From Octopus sinensis (Eukaryota): DNA of 64,000 bases. The position numbers and the translations under genes are program-made. The notes beneath the pieces were generated by a model. That model did no database searches. It saw nothing but the letters and a program-made list of their open reading frames with translations, and was not told where the DNA came from. The first letter of the stretch is position 1, and each line of letters opens with the position of its first letter. Where the stretch lies: positions 19,716,001-19,780,000 of the forward strand of contig NC_043009.1 in NCBI RefSeq assembly GCF_006345805.1, read 5' to 3'. This document shows positions 1 through 14,215 of this stretch, one piece after another.

Positions 1-1139
1 ACAATGGCTGAATCTTTTACGACTTTATGCTATCTGCCTACCATAAATTATATCAACCACTTATATTAATTTACACGAGTCATAAATGCGCTTGAGTGCC
101 ATAATTTCCCGACTTGAATGAAGACGAGGCATAAAAAAAGAAGAAGATTAAATTGAGAGTAAGAGAAAGTACATAGTACTGGGGGTGAGGAATGTATAAT
201 AAAATATAGAAACGGGAAGCATGTGGGACATGTGTATGTGCGTACGAAAGAGGGGGACGGTAAGAGAGGGAGAGAGAGAGAGCAATGTTGTCATAAAAAC
301 AGAGATTAGATGGAATATAAATATACAAGATAATAATGTATAGAGAACGACATATTTAAAGAAATATGTTCAACGTAGCATGGCAGAAATCTAACCTCTT
401 CTCCTCCACTTCGCCGTTATAATATCCGCTTCATATATATTTTATCTGCTAAGAATGAAGAAATAAGACAGTCAGTCAGTTATTTCAACAGAAATGATAT
501 GCAAACGTCAACATGCTTCAAAATGTGGACGACTCCATATTTTGAAAGGTGACACACTCTTGTTGCAATATGTCGGTTGTTCACAAACGTTTGAAAGATT
601 CATTCTTTCTTCATATCTACGTATAAAACGAAAGCTTTAGATATATTTAATATTTCAACATAAACATGTTTTTATATCTAAACTATCAAAGCTAATTGAA
701 ATCTATTAACCATTATCGATTATGTATTATATATTTGCTATAATCTTATAGCTTTTCTATCGATCTGACACATTATAATACCGTTGATTACAAAACCCAA
801 CCTGGCTGTTGTTTTATCGTTTTTTAAGGAATTGTTCCGAAAAATCTTTGAAGCTATCCATGCTAATGGCTATGTCGGCAGCGTCGACAAATGCTGCTCT
901 CATTCTTTAATTTATTTTTATTTATTTTCCCAGTGTTTATATCTATAAATTCTAATATTTCTTTCTTTTTATTGGATTTAGAAATTTTCGAAAATCAGAA
1001 GAAAAAGGTTAAAAATAACATTAAACTTTTATAGAAAGACTGTTTAAGTTTGTCACAACCTCTCTTGTCTATCCCGGATTATTGTTTTATTTGATGCGAA
1101 AGTAATAAAAGCAAATAATGGATTTCAACTGTCCATTGT

Positions 1140-1293
1140 TTACTGAGATTAATGATAATAATAATAATAATAACAATAACAACAACAATAATAATAATAG
1201 CAGTAACAATATAAGCAATAACAACGATGATGATGATGATAACAAGAATAATAATCATAATAATCATAATAATACTGATGATACTACTACTAA

Positions 1294-1334
<41 letters not shown>

Positions 1335-1356
1335 AGTAATAATAATAATAATAATA

Positions 1357-1406
<50 letters not shown>
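1140..1406. repeat. Compound (AAT/AAC/GAT/AGT)n trinucleotide microsatellite
   Basis: Direct reading of tandem trinucleotide units; explains the poly-N/I/S ORFs. Confidence 0.95.
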
Positions 1407-2072
1407 TAAAAGAAATGTTTATATAAAATAGACAAGTATTAAATGAAAAGAAAACATTCGTGAAATAGAAACCATTTTAATCGTTGATGGACGACCGTAA
1501 GTTAAAACGAAAATTCCTCTTTTATAGTTAAATGTTTTATTTCAACTGAGGACAATATAAGTTTCTTTTTATTATTTATTATTATATTATTGATTGGTTG
1601 CATCATAGTTTGGCACCAATCATTATCTCTTCCGAATAAATCTACTTGAAAGAGATAAAAGACGGTGCATGTTGGGAAGGTTAATTTTGCCCTCAACTAA
1701 TTATACCCAGCAGCTCTAACAACATAAAATTATGGAAACTTTATGATAAAACAATATCTCTGTTTGAACTTAGAATAAATGGTTACTGCTACCCTGCTGC
1801 TGCTGTGGTTGTTGATGTTGTTGTTGTTGCTGCTGCGGTGCCGAAGAAGAGATATTTCAGATTTTACAGCCTAGAATTGTCATCCACTCTAATGTATCTC
1901 GTGAGACAATGGTAAAGTGGAATTTATAAATGATTTTCACCACTCAACTCTTTGGTTATATTTATTCCATTTTTAGCAAACTCGTTGAAGAATTTTTAAA
2001 ATTCTAATTTGTTTATTGAATATGGAATATAGTTTGGAATAAAGTAAATTAATTAAAAAACTGATGACGGTG

Positions 2073-2133
<61 letters not shown>

Positions 2134-4048
2134 TGATGATGATGATGAGGATAACGAGGGTGATGATGATGACAATAGCAATTATAATAGTTTTTGTTTA
2201 ATGACGATAATAGATGAGATCACGTTTCGAGTAATTAACGCAGAAGAATTTTGATTAGACTGCAATCATTTTGGTCGTTTTGAGACATAAAAAGAGAAAT
2301 GGAACCGATCATAAATGAAGGATTTCTCCAAATTATCCAAGCAAACACTTTGCTGGGTTAACAAACATTACAACAAACATTACAACTACTCATATTTTCG
2401 GTTCGTTAAACTGGAAAGTTTATTGAGAAAATTTGCAAAAACAAAAGGACCTTTGTCATACCATATTTTCTTTGACATCTGTATTCCTTGTTTGGAACTT
2501 TGATTCCAGCCATTCTTGACTGCTAACCTTCGCGGCTTTAATTTCACTGAATAAAGAAAAAGTAAAAAAAAAAACGATGCTTTGTCGTTTAGTTAGAAAC
2601 TGTGTGTATATAAAGTGAAGAAAAGAGTTATATTTATTCGTATGCAATGGTTATTGGCGAGCAACTTGAAAGTGTTTGTTGCCTAAAAAAGTTATGCAAA
2701 TTCTGCCCAACTTTTTAATTGAAGTCAGGAAATTAAAATCTCAAATATTTCAAACAGAATCTCTCTGTTGTTATCGTCAGTGGATTCTTGGAGATTAGCT
2801 TTGACTTCGTTAGTTTTTAAATTAAGATTATTTTGATTATATCTAAAAACTGTCTCCAAGACTAAGAATGTCTCGAATGTTTATAGAGTGTCTTGAAGAT
2901 TAAGACCGTTTCCAGAATGTCTGAAGACGGTCGTGAAAATTAAGGGCGTCTTCATAATGTCTAAAGACTGTCTTCATATTAGCTAAGAATATTTTGAAGA
3001 TTAAGACTATTTCCATAAAGTCTTTATCAAACCAAATGAAACAGAATTGATTAGGTTGATGAAAAGAAAAGAAAAAAAATACTCTTTTATTATTACAACT
3101 TCCGTATTGAATTGCAGATATGCAATCTCGATTACCTTGATTTAAGCTTCACAACAATACAGCGACATCCCTCTTACATAATCTAGATCCCGATTTAATA
3201 TGGACGCAGAATGGTCAAGTGGTTCAGAAGTTTGCTTTGCAATCACGAACGCCCTGGTTTGATAATACTGTATGGAACATTGGTGAAGTGTCTTCTCGGG
3301 TAGACAACATCTGTAGAAATCTGGAATCTGAATTATATCTGTAATATAATAGTCCGGTCTCGTCACACTGTGTTACGCTGTTTCTGTCTGAGAATTACGT
3401 TAAGGGTACACCCGTCTATGGAATACTCAGCCATTTACACGTTAATCCAATGTGTGAGAAAGTTCAGTTGATAAAACGACTCAATGGTCATCGCTGAAAC
3501 CAATGGAGAGCCATTTTAGATGGCTTAATAACTGCTCCTAAAATTAATAAGACTTTTTCTGTTAGATAATCAATATTAATTGAACTTAAACCCAGAATCA
3601 AAAGCAATGAAATATTGCGTCCACGTTACGTTATCTAAACACATATGACACGTTCGACCATTGCACCAAAGTCAAACCTTCGAATTTCTCTCTGCATCTT
3701 CGAAATTTTATTCTTACCAGCAAGAATTGTTTGTTGTTGATGTCTAAATATTTTAGAAACTTGGACATAACGTGTAATAATTGCTTTTGAGACCGGTGAA
3801 ACTCGAAGCAGATAAAGCAATATATAATAGCGTGTGAATATTAGGTTAAAAAACACACTTTTGAATCGAAAAGTCAATGGAAGGCTGCCGATGGGGTTGG
3901 AAACATGACAGAGGTTCTACAAATGATGTAGGTTTGAGTCCCAAAGGCTATTCCTGTTTTTAAGATAGGAATGGCCATTTGAAGGACGAATGTTTTATTT
4001 GCTACACATGAACTGTTTTCTGGGATTTCGAAAATTTGTAAAATTATT

Positions 4049-4750
4049 ACCATTTCAGATAGGTATCCTATACCACATAATCAAGATTTTGTAACTTTTC
4101 TGCACGGTTGCACTATTTTCTCAAAGATAGATTTGATACGAGCATACCATCAGATTCATGTGAACCCAAATGATATTCCGAAGACGGCTATTGCAATTCC
4201 ATTCGAGTCATTTGAATTTCCTTTGTACTAAGGAACGCCGCCAGTACTTTTCAACGTTTCATTGAAAAAGTAATACGTGGATTAGATTTCGTCTGCGCCT
4301 ATATCGACGATCCTCTCATCGCTAGATCTTCCGAGAAAGAACATGTAGTTCATTTGAAGCAACTTTTCGAAAGGCTTTCTCAATACAAAATTAGTATCAA
4401 CGCCACCAAATGTATTTTCGGTGTGCCTTCTCTCGCTTTCCCTGGACACACCATTGATAAGGATGGAATTAGGCCTTTGCCAGAAAAGGTTAAGGCTATC
4501 GTAAAAATTCCAGTTCCTGTTTCATTAAGAAAGCTCAGACAATTTCTCGGATTAGCTAATTTCTATCGACGTTTTATACGTCATTGTGCTGAAATTTTAT
4601 ACCCCCTCAACAAATTTCTACAACACCAGAAGAGAAAAGAAAAGATAACTTTAATTTCTGCTAAAATACAAACTTTTGACGATGTTAAATAAAAACTTTC
4701 TCGTGTCTCTATGTTAGATCGCCCCATTCCTGATGTCGAAATTTCTCATA
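4049..4750 (+). mobile_element. Ty3/Gypsy LTR-retrotransposon reverse transcriptase remnant (disabled, no LTRs seen)
   Basis: Translation TISDRYPIPH..FSKIDLIRAYHQI..PNDIPKTAI, then after a deletion/frameshift LRNAASTFQRFI..VCAYIDDPLI..KCIFG..GHTIDKDGIRPLPEKVKAI..LRQFLGLANFYRRFI; YIDD catalytic motif typical of Gypsy RT. Confidence 0.92.
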
Positions 4751-5531
4751 TTCTTTCTCGAAAGAACTAGCGATGAGAAGATCGTCATTCACATTATTGC
4801 TATGTCCATCTATTTCTCTACACCACGTGACTGAAAACCATCATTTAGCTGTTATTTCTATATTTTCTATCTCTGAATTTTCTTGCATAGATTACTTCAT
4901 TCAACTAGATTCTACAGTTTGATTATGTATCATCATCGACCAGTAAATAAAAAATATTTTTATGTAGTAAATATATAGTTCTTGAATTTATTCTTCATGT
5001 CTTTATGAACTCTTGTAAAAATATACACGCAGCGACATGAACACCTTGTACTGAATATATATATATAACCACTACATAATGATTTCGGGGAATTGTTTAT
5101 TTTGATTACAGAGATGATGAGGTCTTAACTGGGAGGATTAATTCGATCAACGAAAGAATAAAGGATTCAGTATCGCCTCCTCAATGTCAGTATGATAATG
5201 ATAGTGATAATAGCGAGTTGATCGCGCGCTTTGCAGTGAGTCACAGAGGATCATGGAAATTTTGCTGTAAGTGAAAAAATTATCAACACCAAAAATATAA
5301 AAGTTTTCGTCGGTTAAATCCTGATAATGAAAGCAAGGTTTTTTTTTTAAACATTATTGGGTTTAGGAACGCAACTGTTCTGAACCAAACATAAAAGACT
5401 AATACGAAAATATGAAAAATGGTTAATAAAAAAGAAATGTTGTATCTTTAATGACAGGTTTGAAAGAAAACAGGCCCCCTTTCTATGTGCAGTGTGCACA
5501 CACATATATACAGTATATAATATAATATAAT

Positions 5532-5801
5532 ATCACGTGATCACGTGACCGACCAGACCATCAGATGTTGTTACACATCGCTGGTCACAATGCGTTCACA
5601 TTGTTTTAGCCTTCGAATGACGCCACCCCGCTGGCTAAGCGAGCAGGCCAACAGAAGAAAGAGTGGGATAAAGAGTGGTGAAAGAGTACAGCAGGGATCA
5701 CCACCCCATGCCGAAGCTCAATATACACTCACAACGCCCGGTCTGGGAATCGAGACCACGATCCTGCGACCGCGAGTCCGTTGCCCTAACCACTGCGCCA
5801 T
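5532..5801 (-). mobile_element. tRNA-derived SINE, family A (internally deleted copy)
   Basis: Reverse complement matches 22673-22978; tRNA-like head with A-box TGGCGCAGTGG and B-box GGTCTCGATTCC; 3' end CACGTGATCACGTGAT + (ATTAT)n. Confidence 0.85.
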
Positions 5802-5913
5802 ATAATATATATATATATATATATAGTGCATTACACACACACACATGCACACACAGACTATTGACGTGTTTTGGAAGAATAACATGTAATAACCTAACGA
5901 TATATCATTTTTA

Positions 5914-5997
5914 CTCCTCTGACGAGATTTTGCGCAGTAAAATGTTTTAATTACTGGAATTTAATTCTTTTGGGCAAAATCGAAACAGCTGTAAGAG
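5914..5997 (+). ncRNA. Type I hammerhead ribozyme (palindromic stem III, long stem II)
   Basis: ctcct-CTGACGA-gattttgc...gcaaaatc-GAA-ACAGCTGT-A-agag; core intact, 8-bp stem II, stem I only 4 bp with a bulge. Confidence 0.7.
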
Positions 5998-6097
5998 AAC
6001 ATGTTGAATTATTGCGATTAATGAATTATATTAATGCTACTTCTCCATTTTCTGGATATTAATTTGAAGTACATATATATATAATATTATATTATAT

Positions 6098-6135
<38 letters not shown>

Positions 6136-6237
6136 TATATATATAATTATATATATATATATATATTATATATATATATATTATATATATATATACATAT
6201 ACATACATATATATATATATTATATATATATATACAT

Positions 6238-6300
<63 letters not shown>

Positions 6301-7579
6301 CACAGAAACTACATTTTATAATACAGCCACGCTTGAAAGATGTCATACAATCGAGGGCCATTAGTGAACTGGGAAGAATAAAGCACTAGTAAACAATGTA
6401 ACGGTGAACAGTGGTTGGATGGCTGGGGGGTGGTGCAAAGCGTCGGTGGACAAGGATGTCTCACTGCAACAGCAACAGCAATAGCAGCAGTTGCAGCAGC
6501 AAGTATGTTTGGCTGCTGCACCAATAAATAAAATATTATTCTATCTGATGTAAGGTAAGTAAATGAACATAAACAACGACAACAACAGCAACAACAAGCG
6601 GAGCCAACAAAAGAGAGAAACCAACAAAAGCATGTGAGGTGAATGAAAGAGAAGAAAGCAATTATTATAGATGGAAGGCGGCTTTGCAGGAAGAAAACAT
6701 GAAACCAACCAAAATCCATATTTATTAAAAGCGAAGCAATAGAGATTGCAGCAACAACAACGGCGGCGGTACCGGTTGGTTTGCTATAAATATTAACAAA
6801 AAGCGAGAAAATAGTAGAAAACGACGGAATATATTCGCACATTTCGAATTTGCATATCCTATTATTCATGAATAAATTAAGTAGAAAAATATCTGAAGAT
6901 AGATAAAATAGTTGGAACTGAAGCGGAGCAAATATTGGAATTACATTAATAAAATATCTGAAAATAGAGAGAAAAAAAAGGCCCCATCTTATTTGACCTG
7001 CAACAACAAAGGAATAACGATGGTATATTTATTCGAAATGTAGTGTGATAGGAGGAGATCGATCGGATTACGTAGGATGCGTTATTTCTCTTTGATGATT
7101 GGAATCAGAAATTAAAATGTCTTATAAAGATAGACAAAAAGATTTGTCTTGTATAAGGTTCTATTAAAAGATTAAAGTTGCTTCAGAAATGGAGCCAGTA
7201 GCAGACTTAACTGTTAAAGGCACAGTTTTGATTGGAAGTGGCTGGTAGAGAAGCACTTGAAACAAAGTCTTGTAGCTTCGGTGACCAGCCTCCTGCAAAT
7301 GAAAGCTTTTCTCTGAGAATCCGAGGCTAGTGCGCATGCATTTGAATGAACGATGGCGACACAGCTCTGGCAACGATCAAAAGAAAAGGGTGTGAATGTT
7401 TCATTAAAAGTATCCAGGATTTTAATGCAATTAATACGAGTTTGTTTGTTATAGAAATATCTATCTCCTAAAAATAAAAATAATAAAAAAAAAAAAACAG
7501 CAGCAAAAGACAAGTTGGAACAAATTCAATACTGCACTTCGATTGATGCTAAGCTGCCAAAAGAGTGGGATGAAATAAA

Positions 7580-7657
<78 letters not shown>

Positions 7658-8622
7658 CATAATAATAATAATAATGATAATACTTTTAACAGGCAATAAC
7701 CACGCCTCGGATTGACAACAACAGCGATATGATGATGGTGATGATGGTGGTGGTGATGATAATAATAATATTAAATGAAGTTTCAATGAGAAATATTTAG
7801 TGAGGAGTCTATGTCTCGTTATTTCTCTGTAAATTAAAGCTATCAAGATTTAGTCTGTTCAAAAGAATGGTCATTATGAAAGGAAGAAAAACCGGTTCTT
7901 GGAATACTAATACAATAAAGATATTTCCAAAGAACGGAAACATATTTGCTAATGGACAGATGTAAAAAAATAAAACCTGAATAAAAGAAAAGAAGGAAGA
8001 CAAAATAGAAAAAAGCTTGTCATCGTTCATAGTTTATTTCTTCTTTCTAATAAGATTAAGTGAGTTTTGAAGAAGGCTTTCACATGTAACTGGTTTCATT
8101 AACTTTTCAACAACTTTAAATATTACATCCATTAACTACTGAAACGAAAGTCATTAATTTACTTTTGATATTCTCGAGCCACATTTATAGTTGTGGACGT
8201 GAATACACACACACGCACACACGCACACCCACACACACGCACACACGCGCACCCACACACACACACACACACACGCACACACGCACACACGCACACCCAC
8301 ACACACACACCCGCGCGCGCACATATTTATGTATGCACATGTGTGCATGTTTGTGTATACTATAAATATATGGCCGTTACGCATACATAGATATGTATTT
8401 GTATATTTTATCTGTATATACATATATATCAGTGTATACATATATGTGTATATATATATGTATATATAATATATGATATATATATATGTATGTATATATA
8501 TAATATATATATATATATTATATATATATATTATATATATATATATACACATATACATACATATATACATGCATAGGCATACATTCACATATATGTTCAA
8601 ATACATAGTACATAGACTTATG

Positions 8623-8681
<59 letters not shown>

Positions 8682-8846
8682 CCCTTAATGTTCTATGAAG
8701 CGCTGACTGGAGTAATAACTGCATATTGAGCGATGCTAGGAACACTCCTGTAGACTATTTTTCGTCTATCATTTCTAAACTCGTCAGCAGCGCCTGTTCC
8801 ATCACTCGGACGGTTCGGCTAAAGAATATATTGATGTCTTTATACA

Positions 8847-8903
<57 letters not shown>

Positions 8904-9454
8904 GTGTGCGTGCGTGTGTCTGCGAGTGTGCCTGTGTGCGAGTTCTGTATATATATGTGAGTAAAGCTAATGAGCATCAAAAACAAGACACCACGGGAGG
9001 GTCTAGATTGACAAATGTATTGACTTTAAGCTAAAACAAAAGGGAAAGCGTCTTGTGTTTCTTGTAAAATGTCGCTCATATATAACTCAACAAAATGCTG
9101 CTAGATGAGTTGTAGGTTATACAGACAAAAGAAGGATACCTGTGTTATGTGTTAATGCCCGCCAAAAATTTAAACTCCGGCTCCTGGAGTCTTCGAGTCT
9201 TTCTTCCATCTGTCTGAGATGAAACAAGAAAACAGTGTTGTCACGTTGTAGAGAAGCAAATGCCAAGTAATATTTCAAAGATAGCCAAAAGTGCAAAACA
9301 TTAGATTTTGGATACCTACTTGCAATTAAACTTGCAAAAATTTTACTGACGCTAAATTTCCCAAGTTTCCTTAAAGTCTGGATTTGATTTTAAATAGAGA
9401 GCAATTATACTCTCTATCCTGACATTTCAAAACCATGAAATGTAACTTAAGAAT

Positions 9455-9459
<5 letters not shown>

Positions 9460-9523
<64 letters not shown>

Positions 9524-9532
9524 ATCTGTTTG

Positions 9533-9623
<91 letters not shown>

Positions 9624-9721
9624 GCCTAACTGTCTATCTGTCTGTCTGTCTGCATGTCTATCTATCTATCCTTTTGTACGCCCGTCTATTTTTCTCTGTC
9701 TGTCTGTTTATATCTCTCTCA

Positions 9722-9778
<57 letters not shown>

Positions 9779-9780
9779 GA
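9460..9780. repeat. (CT)n/(TATC)n/(TA)n/(GA)n compound microsatellite
   Basis: Direct reading. Confidence 0.95.
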
Positions 9781-10035
9781 AGAGACTTGTCGCAGGACAC
9801 ACACCTATTGACATCATGCACATATTACATATCAATATGATGATTACGTAGGTTATGGTTGTCTTGAAACAGCTGTCGAGGTAAAACTTAATATAAATTT
9901 TCTCAACTTTGTTCCCTGTTTTCTTCATTATGTAATCTGCACTTGTGCACCTTGTAAACACAAGTCTCAAGCCTACTTGTCTTTATCTAACTTACTAACC
10001 CCCCACTATCATTATATATATATTTTTTATTTATT

Positions 10036-10094
<59 letters not shown>

Positions 10095-10509
10095 TGTTTA
10101 TATATATATATAATATATATATATAAACCTTGGGTGACTCTATGTCCAAGATATAAAATCTTTGTTGTAATACATATATATATATACCCCCACATGCCCT
10201 ACTCCTACGCCCACACCTCCACTACACACTCCCACACCACAACCACACCACACTACACCACCCCACATCACTCCACACACACATTACAGACGCGCACACT
10301 TACTTACACATTCACACACGTCAGAATCACTAGCCCCTATCCACACACATTCTCACATACACATACACGTACACACACCTTCGTTTTGGGATAACCAATA
10401 CTTTATTATCTCCCCTTCTTTCTACCTCTCCTGTCAAATCTTTTTTTCCCAACCAGTCACAATGCTCGATCGCTAAATCCACAGTTTTTCCATCTTCTCT
10501 CTGTTTATT

Positions 10510-10640
10510 TATTCATGTTCCTTTCTGTTGAAGAGCATAGGCTCGAAACGTAAAATACTTTCTCACCTTCCCGAGCGTCAAACTAATACATCTTGTTGTT
10601 CATACACCTGTCTTCGTCTTTTGTTTTTCTATAAATTGCA
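10510..10640 (+). repeat. Dispersed repeat with degenerate minimal hammerhead-like motif (second copy at ~25895-26030)
   Basis: cttt-CTGTTGA-a-gagc-atag-gctc-GAA-ACGT-A-aaa; core has T in place of the conserved A; ~130 bp shared with 25895-26030. Confidence 0.5.
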
Positions 10641-10942
10641 ACTATACCCCCCCCCACACACACATAGGCATAATTCCCCCTCGCTCTCGCACGTCTCTAT
10701 TTCCTTTCCTTTTCTCCTCTTCTTCTCCATCTTTTCCCCCTCTTCATCCTCCTTTCCCCCCTTATGATTGAGTTCTTTCTTACTTGCGAACCACTATGAT
10801 TAGCAGATCACAATTCTCTCATTTTATCGCTTGTCTCTCTTAATGTGTGTGTGTGTGTTTGGGTTTAACGAATCGTCTATACAGTTAAAGCTTTATAGGT
10901 GCGAAACCAATGGTCACTCTCTGACCGGCCATAACAAACAAC

Positions 10943-11011
<69 letters not shown>

Positions 11012-11992
11012 GTATGTATGTATATACATATATGTATATGTATATACATATATGTACACACACACACGCACACACACACATATATATATATACATACATA
11101 TAAATACATATATATACGCTTATGTAATGTATATATACATACACATATCTATTTATATAAATACGTATATATATATATATATATATATATAAATATACAC
11201 ACACACACACACATACATATACCTATACAAACATATAGACACGGGCATGTATGCATGCAAACACACATATATAAATATGTATATATAAACATTTAATTTT
11301 TAAAAGTTGTCTAACGTTTTATATGAATGATATATTGTATTATTTCCCAAGTTTTAACATCAGTGGTCAGAAGGTCATGTGATTAAAAGAGGAGCTGAGA
11401 TTGGTTAATCTAATCTATTGTAGTAATAGTATGTTCTCAGATTTTCAGACAGCATCGTTGAAATGTTAGTGATTGCAGAAGGGTAAACTGGTTATTAGAT
11501 GTCATACTTTGTCGAAGCAGTTTTCAGATGGGAAAGAATGATTTTTGAAGAACTCAGAAAGTCATTAAGAAGCCCAAAATTAGTAAAATACAGACGAAAT
11601 TTTTTTGGCATTTTAGATATTTTTTCACTCATATTCTCGAAAATATAGGTTGTGACTTTCGAATTATTAAATCAACGCGATTTCTGTTGTATTGGTTACA
11701 ATAACCACAACTTACACACACACGTTCACGTACGCATACACACACACAAACACACAGACACACACTCATGTACGCACGCGCACACACGTATGAAGTATAA
11801 AGACTCATGTATATACAAAACTCACACAGGCACAAACGCAGATACACGCACACACACATAAACTTATATAAAGACTCATCAATATACAGAACTCATACGC
11901 AGGCACACATACGTATAAAAACACACATACATATACAGATATACGCACGTATAAAGACACACACACATGATACGCACAGACACGGAGATACA

Positions 11993-12025
<33 letters not shown>

Positions 12026-13812
12026 TTTACTGACGGCTGATTACAAAATGGCGATTCGCTCGTTGCTTAACTTTGTTCCAATTTCATTTTATTTATTTCG
12101 TTATTGTAAAAGTTCAGTAATATTTCATAATTTCCGTGCTAAGATTGAATTAGTCTTCTGTAATCACATCATGGACATAACAACGATGCCAATCTTTATC
12201 TCTATCGAATTAAATAGCTTTCGAAATTGATCGGCACTTTTGAAGAACTCTTGAATAAAAGTGAAATACTAAGATTTCAAGGATTTTTAGTCGCCAATTA
12301 GGTTAGCCTGTCGCTTTATTGATGTTGATGGCAGAGTTGAAAGAAAACGGGAACATTCAGAAATAATTTAACATAACCTGTTTATTTATTAACCAGCTTA
12401 AACATCTGGGAAATGTCACCAGTTATGATTGTAAGCAAACATACACGTCCAAACAACAGCTCTTCTTCGGCCAACTGCTGCAGCACTCTCTGCCGATAAA
12501 TAGATCGTTCCAGTGCCACGTGTCATCTGATAATGGTTTTGCCTTTTTGAGAATTTGCCAGCAAATGTCTTCATCTTTATCAACCAGATGGAGGTGTAGT
12601 TCCAACAGATACCTATTTAATTTAGAGTTCTACAAATTTTCTAATGTAGTAATTAAGAGTTTCCATATCAGCAGGAATATGTTCAAATCATCAGAATTGA
12701 TAAAGCGATAACACTGGCACTTTATATTGAGAATATATTCTTCATTTTAAACCTGTTCTACAGAAATAAAAATGTATTTTGCGGAAGATTCTAATTAGCG
12801 AATGGTAAACAGGCAGAGCCGTTAGAGCGGTGTCGGATGGAGTGCTTTGTAGTAGACGATCCGATTCATTGTGCTCTGAGTTCAAATGCTGCCGAAGTAA
12901 ACTTTTATTTTGTCGTTTTGGGGACCAGAATCTATAGCTTATATGTAAATTCGAAACGGAACGGTCTTGCTTAATGACTGTATTTGCGCGTGCGAATATA
13001 AATGTCTGCACACACACATGCATACATACATGAGATATGATGAAACAATATCATGAATCAATGAGGGTGCTTCTAGGTGTTCATTTGATTTGTTTGAAAT
13101 AGCAAGCAAATAGCCTTCACACCACCGAGCTTTGCCACCTTAAAAATAATACTCAGCATAAAATAGTCCCACAGAAGGTGGTCACTAGTAACCTGGGGTT
13201 AACCAGCAGCCGCAGCAGCAGTAGCAGCAGCAATAACAACATGAACAATAATATAATATTCCCCGATTGAAAGCAAAAAATGTTACGAGAGAGTCAAGGA
13301 TAGTAAACAGAGATTAGCTGAAGAAATCTCGAGTAAGTAATGTCTCGATTTGACCCTCTGCCCGCAGCCATGTTTATAATCTTGTTATGAGACAACAAGA
13401 TTAAGAAGGTCCACAGTTACTAATTATCCTCCAATACTAATTAGTCAATATACTATTATTAATTTGCCAATAGGCCATTAATTATTAACTTGATGTGAAA
13501 GTAAGATTTTTAAGATCTTTTCAAATTTATGTCCGTAGAATTTGTATTTCCATTAAAGTTCTTCTTGACGTACAGAATGTTTCTGATTTTGAATTGGGTT
13601 TGATTAAAATGGTAAAAATGGATGAGAATCATTGGAAAAAGAATTCTGCAGTCGGATAAATTTGTAGAAATACAGAAAAACTGATTGAGAATGGGAAGTT
13701 TGCGAGAAAAAAAAAAGCAGGATGTTTTATATTTAAGAAAGGAAATAATTTCCATTAATATGGAAAATTTTATTGATATAAAATAATGATTATCAATTAT
13801 ATAACATATTTA

Positions 13813-14215
13813 GCGGCGAGCTGATAGACTCGCTAGCGTTCCGGACAAAATGGTTGGTGGCATATCATCCGTCTTAACATTCTGAGTTCAAATTCCGGCG
13901 AAATTGATTTTGCCTTTCACTCTTCCGGGGCTCGATTAATTAAGTAACCAGTTGAGTACTTGAGTCGACATCATCGACTGCCCCCCCCCCCACGAAGATG
14001 CAGACCTTGTGCTGAAATAATAATTATCAATTATGTGACATAGAACGTTGGGTCGGCAAAATCTTTAGAGTACCGGATTAAATGCCTTCCGTTATTTGTT
14101 CCGGCTCTCCCCTTTCTAGGTTCAAATCCCACTGAAGTTAATTTTACCTATCACCATTTCAGGGTCTATAAACTAAAGTACCGGTGAAGTAGTGGGGTCG
14201 ATGCAGAATTGTAGC
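13813..14215 (+). mobile_element. Two tandem degraded family D SINE copies
   Basis: GGCGGCGAGCTG head, GAGTTCAAATTCC B-box-like motif, TTTGCCTTTCA..GGGG..GAT..TAAGTACCAG central motif shared with 20114-20510. Confidence 0.7.

Noticed and set aside
1079-1435. Poly-N/I/T/S ORFs
   Set aside because: Translations of trinucleotide microsatellites; no splice or domain evidence
6309-6869. 186-aa minus-strand ORF
   Set aside because: Low-complexity, near-cognate start, no recognisable domain; overlaps (CAA/CAG)n tracts
7164-7513. Unique-looking segment with short ORFs
   Set aside because: All frames are interrupted and no motif was recognised
12380-12720. Possible Penelope GIY-YIG C-terminal remnant (NSKLNRYLLEL..WQILKKAKP) and nearby CTGATGA..GAAA on the minus strand
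   Set aside because: Similarity too short to call by eye; hammerhead stems do not close
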